Assembly (NCBI GenBank): GCA_963747235.1
Contig: CAVVEU010000033.1
Span: 338,728 to 402,727 of the forward strand
Direction of reading: 5' to 3'
From: an uncultured Candidatus Rokubacteria bacterium
Lineage (GTDB): Bacteria > Methylomirabilota > Methylomirabilia > Rokubacteriales > CSP1-6
DNA length: 64,000 bases
Each line of letters begins with the position of its first letter. The first letter of the stretch is position 1. The notes under the pieces are model-generated. The model was given only the letters and a program-made list of their open reading frames with translations, was not told the DNA's origin and made no database searches. This document shows, piece by piece, positions 32,672-42,986 of this stretch. A program made the position numbers and the translations under genes.

Positions 32672-33271
32672 CGCCCACCCGGGGCAGCCGGCTTCATGGG
32701 CTTGCGCGCCGAGGCTCTCCAGCTCGAAGCGGATCAGCTCCGAGGTCTCGGGCAGCTCCGTCGGCGGGAAGAGCTGGGCGGCGCTGAGCATCGCGACGAA
32801 GGTGTTGAAGGCCTCGGCGCGATCCTCATAGTCCGTGACCGGCGTGAGCCGCGCCGATGCCCCCGCCTCGGCGAACCGCGCGGCGGCGACGCCGGGCGGG
32901 AAGAGCTGCGGCCGACTCGGCAACGGCGCGTACCCCGGCCGGAAGACCACGATGCGCGGGGCGAATGTCCGGGGCGGCAAGCGGCCCTCCACGCTCGCCA
33001 CGTCGTGGACGAACTCGCCATGCTCGTTCGTGAAGACCTCGCGCGCCCCGGAGAGGCGCCGCAGGCCCTGGATCTGGTCGTCGAGGCGCTGCCACAGGAT
33101 GATCACCGCGGCCGACGGCAGGGGCTGCCCGGTCTTGTCGTCCACGACCACGCCCCGATAGGGCCCCGCCGAGGGCCGAAGCGGCGTGTCGTCATCCTGC
33201 GCGGCGCTCCGCCCCGCGCCGACCAGCACCGTGAGCATGATCGCTGCGATCAGAACACGCGTAGTCGCCAT
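32668..33271 (-). CDS. Secreted carboxypeptidase-regulatory-like domain protein (paralog 1)
   Basis: Signal peptide; GPYRGVVVDDKTGQPLPSAAVIILW...EVFTNEHGEF...VFRPGY. Confidence 0.7.
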
Positions 33272-35811
33272 ACACCGTCCGTGTCGATGACGAAGAGAAC
33301 GTGGAAGGAGTAGAGAGTGCCCCGCTGGACCGCCTTCAGCTCGTACTCGGCCGCACGGTCGAGCACCTTGACCGGAGTGATGGCGCCGAGGGCAGCCGCC
33401 ACCTGCGGCAGCGCGCCGACGCCCGCCAGCGCGGTGAGCTGATCGCGGTAGGCGTCGCGGGAAGCGCCCGCGAAGAGGGCCACCGCGGCCGGCACGTCGG
33501 CCCGGCTCAGCGCGTCGCGGAGCCCGCTCCACCGTGCCTGGAGCAGCGTCTCGAGGGCGGCCGGGTCGAGCACCTGGACCAGCCCGGCGGCGGTGACGGC
33601 CGCGCCTTGATCGTCGACGACGCGCACGCGCGGGTAGAAGAGCCCCGGCGCGGTATAGGTGAACGTCTGGCCGTCGAGCGTGGGGCCGTCGAAGTCCATC
33701 TGCCCGTCGCCATCGAAGTCCAGCTCGATGCGCGCGGGAACGGGCCCGCCGATCAGAGAGAACGAGGTCGTCAGCGGCACGCCTCCTGTCCCAGGATGAG
33801 CGCGGAGCGCCAGAGCGTTCTCGCCGAGGTCGACCACGGTGACCGTGACGGCATGCGTGGCCGTGCCCCCCGACTCGGTCGTGGCCACGGCGGTGAGCGT
33901 GACCGACGGTGCCGTCACCGGCACCATGGCCGCGAACGAGCTCCCCTGCCTCGCCGCCACGACCCCATTGACGGTGACACCCACATCGATGCCACCAGGA
34001 GCGACCGTACCACGGACCAGCAGGAGTCCCGAAGGAACGGTCGCGCCGCCGGCCGGCTCCGTGATCGCCACCTGCACGCCGCCGCCCACCGTGAAGGTCC
34101 GGCGCGCCGGGGAGGGATCCTCGTTGCCCGCCAGGTCGCGCGCCTTCACCTCGAACGCGTGGGATCCCGAGCCGAGGCCGGCCAGCGTGGCGCTGGTGGC
34201 CGCGGCGAACGGGGTGAAGGCGCCCCCGTCGAGCCGCCAGGCGAAGGCCAGCCCGGCGGCCGCGGTCAGGTTGTCCGTGCCGACGAACGTGAACGTGGCG
34301 GACGGCTCGCTGACCGTGTCGACCGGCCCGCCGGTGATCTGCGTGTCCGGCGGGGTGTTGTCCACGATCACCGTCCGGCTCGCGGTCCCCGCGTTCTGCG
34401 CCTGGTCCATGACCGTCGCCGTCAGCGTGTGGATCCCGTCCGCCACCGTGGCCGTGTTCCAGGATGCGGTCGCGGTGATCGGGCTCGCCGGGGGTTGCGG
34501 CACGAGGGTCGCGGTCAGCTCCTGGGTGGCGCCACGCAGGGTGACCGTCGCCACCGCCCCGCCCGCGTCCGTCGCCAGCGCCTGGACCGTGACGGGGCCG
34601 CGCAGGTGCGCGTTGGCGGCGGGGGCCTGGAAGACCACCGCGGGCGGCTGGCCGTCACTCCGCGCCTCCGCCGCGCCGATGTCGAAGCGCGCCGGGCCGC
34701 CCGCGCTCCCGGCGGCCGGTCGCACCGATTCGCCGAGGTAGTCCGCCTCGAAGCGCGCGTTGAGATCGGGCGTCAGCACGGTGCGCGGATCGAGGCCGCG
34801 GTCGATCAGCGGCGACGCCGCCGCCGGGGTTGGATCGTCGTCGAGCGAGCCCGAGGCGTGGTCGGCGCCCGCCAGGTCCCGATAGACGAGCGCGGGATTG
34901 TCGCATCCGGGGCTCGCCGTCACGCCGGGGCCCTCGGACCCGCTGGGCGTGAGATTGGCGCCGTCGGCGCCGTCCAGCACCGGCCCGGCGATCTCGCCGA
35001 GCCGGTTGCCGCAGATCAGGTTGTTGCGGAGCACGATCGCCAGGGGCAGCGGCGCGGTCTCCCGCCTCACGCCCACCCGGCCGCCGGTGGAGCCCGTATG
35101 AGCCCCGTTGCCGGTGATGGCATTGTTGATGAGCAGGAAGACGTGCGACCGCGTCGCGCTGACTCCGTTCCAGCCATTGCCGTGGATCGTGTTCTGCACG
35201 AGGGTGTGCGGCCCGCCTTCTCCGTCGAGCGTCGCGATGCCGTTGCGGCCGTTGGCGAGCACGAGATTGTTGACGATCAACGTGCCGACGTTCCCGGCGC
35301 CGATCGTGATGCCGCCGTCGCACCCCGTGCCGCCGTTGCCCACGATGCGGTTTCGCTCGATGTGCACCGCGAGATTGCGATCGCCGCCGCCCGCCAGCGC
35401 GATCGCGGCGCCGCCGGCGCCCGTGATGGTCAGCCCGCGGATGGTGACGAAGCGCGATTGCCGGATCTGGATGGCGTGCCCGGCCGCGCACTGGCTGACC
35501 GCGCCACGCAGCACCACGCTGCCGACCGCCGCCGCCGGATCGGCCTGGATCCGGATGCGCGTCGCCGGATTCGTGGCGCTCGAGTTCTTGGCATTCACGC
35601 TGACCTGCTCGACGTAGCTGCCGGCCTGGATCTGGACCGTGTCGCCGGGCTGCGCGGCGTTCACCGCGGCCTGGATGCTGCCGTAGCAGGGCGCGGCGCC
35701 GCCGCAGGTGACGTCCGTGCGGTTGACGTGGCGAACGATGCCCGCCTCGCCCAGACCGGCGGCCGCAACCGTGAACAGGATCCCGTGGAGAAGCCCGATG
35801 ATGATGCGCAT
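33250..35811 (-). CDS. Large secreted protein: right-handed beta-helix + Ig-like repeats + PKD-like domain + helical/NTF2-like C-terminal domain
   Basis: Signal peptide; SIQAAVNAAQPGDTVQI and NN-rich PbH1 repeats; WNTATVADGIHTLTA, VDNTPPDT, FEVKARDLAGN; DFDGDG, FTYTAPGLFYPRVRV; C-terminal DTDGVWRLRVF. Confidence 0.75.
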   Translation of the reverse strand: MRIIIGLLHGILFTVAAAGLGEAGIVRHVNRTDVTCGGAAPCYGSIQAAVNAAQPGDTVQIQAGSYVEQVSVNAKNSSATNPATRIRIQADPAAAVGSVVLRGAVSQCAAGHAIQIRQSRFVTIRGLTITGAGGAAIALAGGGDRNLAVHIERNRIVGNGGTGCDGGITIGAGNVGTLIVNNLVLANGRNGIATLDGEGGPHTLVQNTIHGNGWNGVSATRSHVFLLINNAITGNGAHTGSTGGRVGVRRETAPLPLAIVLRNNLICGNRLGEIAGPVLDGADGANLTPSGSEGPGVTASPGCDNPALVYRDLAGADHASGSLDDDPTPAAASPLIDRGLDPRTVLTPDLNARFEADYLGESVRPAAGSAGGPARFDIGAAEARSDGQPPAVVFQAPAANAHLRGPVTVQALATDAGGAVATVTLRGATQELTATLVPQPPASPITATASWNTATVADGIHTLTATVMDQAQNAGTASRTVIVDNTPPDTQITGGPVDTVSEPSATFTFVGTDNLTAAAGLAFAWRLDGGAFTPFAAATSATLAGLGSGSHAFEVKARDLAGNEDPSPARRTFTVGGGVQVAITEPAGGATVPSGLLLVRGTVAPGGIDVGVTVNGVVAARQGSSFAAMVPVTAPSVTLTAVATTESGGTATHAVTVTVVDLGENALALRAHPGTGGVPLTTSFSLIGGPVPARIELDFDGDGQMDFDGPTLDGQTFTYTAPGLFYPRVRVVDDQGAAVTAAGLVQVLDPAALETLLQARWSGLRDALSRADVPAAVALFAGASRDAYRDQLTALAGVGALPQVAAALGAITPVKVLDRAAEYELKAVQRGTLYSFHVLFVIDTDGVWRLRVF

Positions 35812-36016
35812 GCCGTCCGCAAGAGCAGCGCGCGTGCCACGACACGCCAGGATCCGATCGGCAAGCGTCACAGGGGTTTGGATCGGCGCGGCGGACGCCA
35901 CTTCACAGCCGGCATTGCACTGACGCCCCGTTCAGTGCCCCGCGCGCAGGGCACTCGTCGGCGGTGGCCGAGCCCTGGCGCTTGCCGTACACTCCGCGAG
36001 GGAGGAGAGAGCCTCG

Positions 36017-36889
36017 GTGAAGCTACCCCGCGACCGCTTCGACTACTCGCCCATCGCCGCCCGCCCGCCGTGGTCTCTCCCCAAAGGCGCCCGCATCGCG
36101 GTGTGGACCATCGTCAACATCGAGGAGTGGGACATCGAGAAGGCGATGGCGCGCCAGTACCTCACCGCGCCCCAGGGCGTGGCCACCGTGCCCGACGTGC
36201 CCAACTGGGCCTGGCACGACTACGGGATGCGGGTGGGGTTCTGGCGGCTGCTGGACGCGCTCACCAAGCGGAAGATCCGCGCCACCACCGCCATCAACGC
36301 CCACGTGGTGGAGTCCTACGAGCCGGTGGCCCGCGCCATGCTGGACGCCGGCTGGGAGTTCATGGCCCACGGGGTCGTCCAGGGCGCGATGCATCTGCTG
36401 CCCGATCAGCCCGCCGCCATCCGCCAGGCCATCGAGCTCCTGCAGAAGTTCACCGGCAAGAAGCCCAAGGGCTGGCTCGGCCCCGGCCTCACCGAGACGT
36501 GGGAGACGCTCGACTACCTGGCCGCCGAGGGGATCGAGTACGTCTCCGACTGGGTGAACGACGATCAGCCCTACGAGATCCGCACGAAGTCGGGGCCGCT
36601 CGTCTCCGTGCCCTACACGCTCGAGCTGAACGACATCCCGATGATGGTGATCCAGCACCACACGTCGGGCGAGTGGCTGCAGCGCGCGAAGGACCAGTTC
36701 GACCGGCTCTACGCCGAGGGCGCCAAGAACCCGCGGGTGATGGCGCTGGCCGTGCATCCGTATATCTCCGGCGTCCCGCACCGCATCAAGTACTTCGAGG
36801 CGGTCTACGACTACATGCGCAAGAAGCCCGGCGTGTGGTTCACCACCGGCGAGGAGATCTACGAGTGGTACCGCCGCGGGCGCAAGTGA
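36017..36889 (+). CDS. Polysaccharide deacetylase family protein (PuuE/allantoinase-like)
   Basis: DYGMRVGFWRL, WEFMAHG, GWLGPGLTET, DDQPY, LAVHPYISG. Confidence 0.88.
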   Translation: MKLPRDRFDYSPIAARPPWSLPKGARIAVWTIVNIEEWDIEKAMARQYLTAPQGVATVPDVPNWAWHDYGMRVGFWRLLDALTKRKIRATTAINAHVVESYEPVARAMLDAGWEFMAHGVVQGAMHLLPDQPAAIRQAIELLQKFTGKKPKGWLGPGLTETWETLDYLAAEGIEYVSDWVNDDQPYEIRTKSGPLVSVPYTLELNDIPMMVIQHHTSGEWLQRAKDQFDRLYAEGAKNPRVMALAVHPYISGVPHRIKYFEAVYDYMRKKPGVWFTTGEEIYEWYRRGRK

Positions 36890-37985
36890 GCCGAGCCTGC
36901 TCGCGCTGCTGCTGGCGCTGCTCGCGTGGCCGGCCGTCGCCGGCGCGCAGAACGAGCCGCCGTTGAAAGTCCCCGCGGGCTTCGCCATCGAGGTGTTCGC
37001 GGCCAAGGTGGGCAGCCCGCGCTTCATGGCGCTGGACCCGGCGGGCACCTTGCTGGTCTCGGAGCCGGCGCGCGGGCGCGTGCTGGCCCTGCCCGACAAG
37101 AACGGCGACGGCAAGGCCGACGGCATCCAGACCGTGGTGGACGGCCTCGACCAGCCGCACGGCCTGGCCTTCAGGGACGGCGCGCTCTACGTGGCGGAGA
37201 ACGGCCGCGTGCAGCGCTTCCGCTACGACCCGGCCACGCTGAAGGCCACGCAGCCCACCGTGATCGTGCCGGGCCTGCCCGCGGGCGGCGGGCACTGGAC
37301 GCGCACCGTGGTCTTCGGCCCCGACGGCGCGATGTACGTCTCGGTGGGCTCCTCCTGCAACGTGTGCCGCGAGAGCGACAAGCGCCGCGCCGCGGTGCTG
37401 CGCTACAACGCCGACGGCTCGGGCGAGCGCATCTTCGCCTCCGGCCTGCGCAACGCGGTGGGCCTGGCCTTCCAGCCGGGCACCGGCGCGCTCTGGGCCA
37501 CCGTGAACGAGCGCGACTGGCGGGGCGACGACGTGCCGCCCGAGATGATCACCGAGGTGCGCGACGGCGCCTTCTACGGCTGGCCCGATTGCCTGACGGT
37601 GGGCGGCAAGGCGATCCCGGACGATCGCTTCGAGAAGGGCGCGCGCTGCGACCGCGTGACGCCGCCCACCGTGGAGATCCAGGCGCACTCGGCGCCCATC
37701 GGCCTGGCCTTCTACACCGGCACGCAGTTCCCGGCGGAGTATCGCGGCAGCCTCTTCGTGGCCTATCGCGGCTCGTGGAATCGCACCGTGCCCACCGGCT
37801 ACAAGGTGGTGCGCGTGCGCTTCCGGGACGGCAAGCCGGCGGGGGTGGAAGACTTCGCCACCGGCTGGCTCGAGGGCGCCTCGGCGTGGGGGCGGCCGGT
37901 GGATCTCATCGTGGGGCGCGACGGCGCGCTCTACCTGTCCGACCAGGGCGCGGGCCGCATCTATCGCATCAGCCACCGGACCTGA
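36886..37985 (+). CDS. PQQ-dependent sugar/sorbosone dehydrogenase family protein (frameshift in signal peptide)
   Basis: LKVPAGF, GHWTR, VSVGSSCNVC, GLRNAVG, YGWP, AHSAPIG, GRPVD. Confidence 0.88.
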
Positions 37986-38000
37986 CCGCACAATCCTTCC

Positions 38001-38387
38001 ATGACCCAGGTCCAGGTGGCGATCTCGCTCACCGCGTTCGGCTTCGAGCCGCGCCCCGCCACCGCGGTGGTGATCGAGCAGTCCACCGCCGAGCGCGTCG
38101 CCCGCGTCTTCACGGGGCTCGGCATGTTCTGGGCGCTGGCCCTGGGTGGCCTCTTCATCCCGATCGCGCACTTCATCCTGGTGCCGACCTTCCTCACCGC
38201 CGGCGTCATCATGGCCGTGAAGCGCTCGCGGGAAGACCGCCGGCTCGCGGAAGTGCGCGGCCCCTGCCCGCGCTGCGGCGCGCAGCAGACGTTCAAGGCG
38301 GGCGGCCGCTTCGAGACCGGCAAGAGTCTCGACTGCCCCGCCTGCCACGGCACGTTCGCGCTGGCCGTTCCGGACTCGGCCTCATGA
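38001..38387 (+). CDS. Hypothetical membrane protein with C-terminal zinc ribbon
   Basis: Two hydrophobic segments followed by CPRC...CPAC; ATGA coupled to the MFS gene. Confidence 0.7.
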   Translation: MTQVQVAISLTAFGFEPRPATAVVIEQSTAERVARVFTGLGMFWALALGGLFIPIAHFILVPTFLTAGVIMAVKRSREDRRLAEVRGPCPRCGAQQTFKAGGRFETGKSLDCPACHGTFALAVPDSAS

Positions 38388-39580
38388 GCGAGCGCTGGGC
38401 GATGCTGCTGGTGATCTTCTTCACCCGCACGTCGCTCGGCTTCCAGTTCCAGTCCATCGCCGCGCTCACCCCGTTCCTGGTCACCGCCTTCGATATCTCC
38501 TGGGCGCAGGTGGGGCTGCTCATGGGCCTCTTCATGCTGCCGGGCGTGGTCTTCGCGCTGCCCGGCGGCCTGCTCGGGCAGCGCTTCGGCAGCCAGCGCG
38601 TCGTCTTCGCCGGCCTCGGGCTGATGATCGTGGGCGGCATGCTCGTCTCCTACGCGGGCGGGTTCGGCAGCGCCGCGCTCGGGCGCACGCTGTCGGGCAT
38701 CGGCGGCGTGCTGGTGAACATCATGCTGGCGCGGATGGTGGCGGACTGGTTCCGCGGGCGCGAGCTGCAGACCTCGCTGGGCCTGATGCTGGCCGCGTGG
38801 CCCTTCGGCATGGCGCTCGCGTTGATGGTGCTGGGGCCGCTCGCGCTGATCGCCTCGTGGCGCGTGGCCGAGTACGCCACCGTGGTGGCGGCCGCGCTCG
38901 CGCTGGCGGTGATGGCGCTCATCTACCAGGATCCGCCGGCGGCGGCCGGCGCCGAGGCGGTGCGGCTGCGGCTCAACGTGCCGCGGCGCGTGTGGGTCCT
39001 GGCGATCAGCGCGGGCGTCGGCTGGGCGCTGCTCAACGCCAGCATCATCGTGGTGGCGAGCTTCGCGCCGAGCTTTCTCATGTCGCGCGGGGCCTCCGTG
39101 AGCCACGCGGGCCTGATCACCGGCGCCGCGCTCTGGATCAGCATCGTGTCGGTGCCGCTGGGCGGCCTCGTGGCCGACCGCGTGAACCGGCCGAAGCTGC
39201 TGATCGTCACCGGCTGCCTCGCGGCCGCGGCCAGCATGGTCGCCATCGCCTGCGCGCCCATGCCCGCGCTGTGGATGGTGGTGACCGGCATCCTGCTCGG
39301 CCTGCCGCCCAGCATCATGATGGCGCTGCTGCCCCGCGCGGTCCCCGCCGAGCACCTGGCCACCGCGCTGGGCGTGTTCTACAGCCTCTTCTATCTCGGC
39401 ATGGCCGTCTCGCAGACGCTGGCCGGGCTGCTGCGCGATCTCACCGGCGACCCCGCGGTGCCCTTACTCTTCGCGGCGGCGCTGATGGCCTTCACCGTGC
39501 CCGCCGTCGCGCTCTTCTGGCGCCTCGAGGCGCGGCCCGAGCGGGGCGAATCGCCCATCGGGGGTCACTCGGAGGTGTAG
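38384..39580 (+). CDS. MFS transporter
   Basis: About 12 hydrophobic segments, GGLLGQRFG, GGLVADR. Confidence 0.88.
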   Translation: MSERWAMLLVIFFTRTSLGFQFQSIAALTPFLVTAFDISWAQVGLLMGLFMLPGVVFALPGGLLGQRFGSQRVVFAGLGLMIVGGMLVSYAGGFGSAALGRTLSGIGGVLVNIMLARMVADWFRGRELQTSLGLMLAAWPFGMALALMVLGPLALIASWRVAEYATVVAAALALAVMALIYQDPPAAAGAEAVRLRLNVPRRVWVLAISAGVGWALLNASIIVVASFAPSFLMSRGASVSHAGLITGAALWISIVSVPLGGLVADRVNRPKLLIVTGCLAAAASMVAIACAPMPALWMVVTGILLGLPPSIMMALLPRAVPAEHLATALGVFYSLFYLGMAVSQTLAGLLRDLTGDPAVPLLFAAALMAFTVPAVALFWRLEARPERGESPIGGHSEV

Positions 39581-39590
39581 ACTGGCCGGG

Positions 39591-41034
39591 ATGCGCGAGC
39601 CCGGCGACATTCTCCTCGTGGCCTGCTACGAGATGGGCCACCAGCCGCTCGCGGTGGCCTGGCCGGCCGCCTTCCTGGAGCGCGCCGGGTACCGGCCGGC
39701 GCTGATGGACGTCTCGGTGGAGCCGCTCGACGCGCAGAAGCTCGCGCGCGCGCGGGTCATCGCCCTCTCGGTGCCGATGCACACCGCGCTGCGCCTGGGC
39801 GTGGAAGTGGCCGCGCGCGCCCGCGCGGAGAACCCGGGCGCGCACCTCTGCTTCTTCGGCCTCTACGCCACGCTCAACGCCGACTACCTCTTCGCCCACG
39901 GCGCGGACAGCGTGATCGGCGGCGAGGCGGAGACGCCGCTGCTCGCGCTGGTGGACGCGCTCGAGCGCGGCGACGCGGGGCCCCTGCCCGCGGTGGCGCG
40001 GCCGGGGCAGCCCGCGGCGCCGAATCTCAAGCGCCTCGACTTCCCGGTGCCGAGCCGCGCGGGCCTGCCCTCCATCAAGAGCTACACGCACGTCGAGCGC
40101 GACGGCCGCATGGACCTGGTCGCCTACGCGGAGTCGAGCCGCGGGTGCCTGCACCGCTGCCGCCACTGCCCGATCCCGCCGGTGTACGGCGGGCGCTTCT
40201 TCGCGGTGCCGCGCGAGATCGTGCTGGCCGATATCCGCCAGCAGATCGAGGCGGGCGCCCGGCACGTGACGTTCGGCGATCCGGACTTCCTCAACGGGCC
40301 CACGCACGCCCTCGCGGTGGCGCGCGAGCTGCACGCCGAGTGGCCCGACGTCACCTTCGACGTCACCGCGAAGATCGAGCACCTGCTGCGCCACCGCGCG
40401 CACCTGCCCGCGCTGGCCGCGGCCGGCTGCCTCTTCATCGTCTCCGCGGCGGAGTCGCTGAGCGACACGGTGCTCGCGCATCTGGAGAAGGGCCACACGC
40501 GCGCCGATCTCCTGACCGCGCTCGCGATCACGCGCGAGGCCGGCATCACGCTCCGGCCCACGTGGGTGGCCTTCACGCCGTGGACCACGCTCGACGATCA
40601 TCGCGCGTGGCTCGACTTCCTCGACGCGGAGGGGCTGATCGATCACGTGGACCCGGTGCAGTACGGCCTGCGCCTGCTGGTGCCGCCGGGCTCGCTGCTG
40701 CTCGAGACCGAGGCGCTGCGGCCGCACCTGGGCCCGCTCGAGCAGGCGACGCTCTCCTACCGGTGGACGCATCCCGACCCGCGCATGGACCGGCTCCAGG
40801 CCGAGACCGCGGAGCTGGTGGCCCGCGCGGTGGAGATGAAGGCCGACGCGCCCGCGCATCTTCGACCGCGTGCGCGCGATGGCGGCGGAGGCGGCCGGCG
40901 CGCCCGCGCCGGCGCCGGTGGCCCCCGGCATGGCCAAGGGCCGCAAGCGCCCGCCGCGGCTCACCGAGGCGTGGTTCTGCTGAGCGGAGCCCACCCGGGG
41001 CCAGTTGGCCCTGACGACTCGGCCGAGCCTCTAG
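39591..41034 (+). CDS. CUAEP/CCAEP-tail radical SAM selenoprotein (B12-binding-like N-terminus); Sec at 40981-40983; frameshift near 40858
   Basis: CYEMGHQP, SRGCLHRCRHC (CxxxCxxC), DPDFLNGP, tail PRLTEAWFC-TGA-AEPT, TAG at 41032-41034. Confidence 0.88.
40984..41011 (+). promoter_or_regulatory. Putative bacterial SECIS hairpin of the radical SAM gene
   Basis: GGGCC-AGTT-GGCCC stem-loop (40998-41011), loop about 19 nt after the UGA. Confidence 0.55.
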
Positions 41035-41900
41035 CCTCCGCGCAGACGCTCGAGCTCCTCGCGGATCACCCGACGGAGGCTCTGCCGCGCCGCGAAGACG
41101 ACTCGACGGCCGCCGAACCATACGCCCGCGACGGCGCCCAGGAAGGCAAACCCCGTCACCCCCCACTGGACCTCCTCGCGGTGAAGGTATCCCTGTTCCT
41201 TGTGCTTGATGTCGCAGTCCTCGCGCACGCGCTCGACGTCCGGGAATCCGGGGTGGATCCGATCCGCGGCGCTCATGTTCCGGTAGGCGCGATAGTGAAG
41301 ATCGCGGATGTAGAGGTCCACCCCATGGTTCCAGAGCCGGGTGAACATGCTGTCGCCCCTGGGCGTCACGCCGGCCTGGCGCGCGGCATCCTGGATGGTC
41401 TCCACGGGGATCAGGAAATTGAAGCCCTGGACGGTCTGCTCGCCCTGGAGCGAGGTGAACGTCGCCGCACCGATGACCTGCCCGCGATCGTCGAAGACCG
41501 GGCCCCCGCTATTGCCCTGGATGATGGCGGCATCGGTCTGGATCACGCGCTGGCCCCCGATGTCCTCCTTGAAGCCCGAGACGCGGCCGGTCGTGATCGA
41601 GGGCTCGTACTGCGTGGCGCGGCTGAGCAGCTCGTGCGAGGCCACGACGCCCGGAAACCCGATGACGAACAGCGCCTGGCCCAGGTGGAGGTCCGTGCTG
41701 TGCCGGGCCAGCCGCACGACGGGCAGCTCGCGGTCCTCGATCTTGAGGATGGCGACGTCACGCCCGTACTGCTTCCGGGGCGCGCCGGAGGCATCGGTGG
41801 ACGGTGCCGACGACGACGTAGGCGGGCGGGCTGTAGAACTTGACCTCCGCCGGGTACGCCTTGCCGTTGGACAGGCGGACCTCGAGCGTCCGCTCCGTGG
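41031..41900 (-). pseudogene. Trypsin-like (S1) serine protease with C-terminal membrane anchor, 5'-truncated
   Basis: GRDVAILKI, IGFPG, IQTDAAIIQGNSGGP; the N-terminal part with the catalytic His is not found before the opposite-strand gene starts near 41908. Confidence 0.7.
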
Positions 41901-41907
41901 ACGCACG

Positions 41908-42986
41908 ATGGCCCCGATCGACGGTTCTCGGGGACGCCGGGCGAGCGCCCGGATGCGCCGCGCGGCCGCCGCGCGGCCATCGTTTCGCATCGACGACTCA
42001 GCCTGAGCATCTTCGACGGCGAGACGCTCGTCATCCTGGGGCCCAGCGGCTGCGGGAGCTGCTCACAAGTCATCGCCGGCCGCTGACGACCGGCTCGGGC
42101 GAGGTCGCTACGACGGCGTAAGGTGGACGACGTGCCGCCGGGCGATCGGCGCGTCGGGATGGTGTTCCAGAACTACGCGCTGTATCCGCACATGACCTCG
42201 GACGAACATCCTGGCCTATTTCCTCTTCCGGAAGAAGACGCCGGAGATGGACGCGATGACGGGAGAAGTACCGGCGGACCAGCGAGCTGATGGGCGTGGA
42301 GCTCGAATACCTCCTCGACCGGCGGCCGACCACGCTCTCCGGCGGCGAGAAGCAGCGCGTCGCGTTGGGGCGCTGCATCACCCGCGACCCGGGCGTGTTC
42401 CTGCTCGACGAGCCCTTCTCCAACCTGGATCAGGCGCTACGGGAGAAGTACCGCGCCAACCTCAAGACGCTGCTGCGCCAGTTCAACATCTCCACGGTCT
42501 ACGTGACCCACGACCATGTGGAGGCGCTGATCCTGGCGACCGCATCGCGATCATGAACCAGGGCCGCATCGAGCAGGTCGGGACCTACGAGGAGATCTAC
42601 CGGCAGCCCCGGAACGAGTTCGTGGCCGGCTTCCTGAACCGTCACATCGGCACGCCGCCCATCAGCTTCGTCGACGCGCGCCACGTGGCGGACGCCCGGG
42701 ACCTGGGCGACGTGCGGGTAGGCGTCCGCCCCGAGGACGTCCTGGTGTCGGCCACGGAGCGCCCCGGGACCATCGCGGGCACCGTCGCGGAGACCCTGAG
42801 CCTGCCCATGATGAACGCCACCATGCTCGGCATCCGCGTGGGCGAGCACGAGGTGCACGCGCAGACCCCGGGCAGGCGCCCTCCGGCCCGGCGATCGGGT
42901 GTGGCTCAGCTTCAAGCGCTACCACTGCTTCGACCGGGCGTCCGGCGCGAGGCGCGAGACGCTACCCGGCCACCGACGCGGGCTGA
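41908..42986 (+). CDS. Sugar-type ABC transporter ATP-binding protein (MalK-like), heavily frameshifted
   Basis: [60 protein letters not shown]. Confidence 0.8.
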
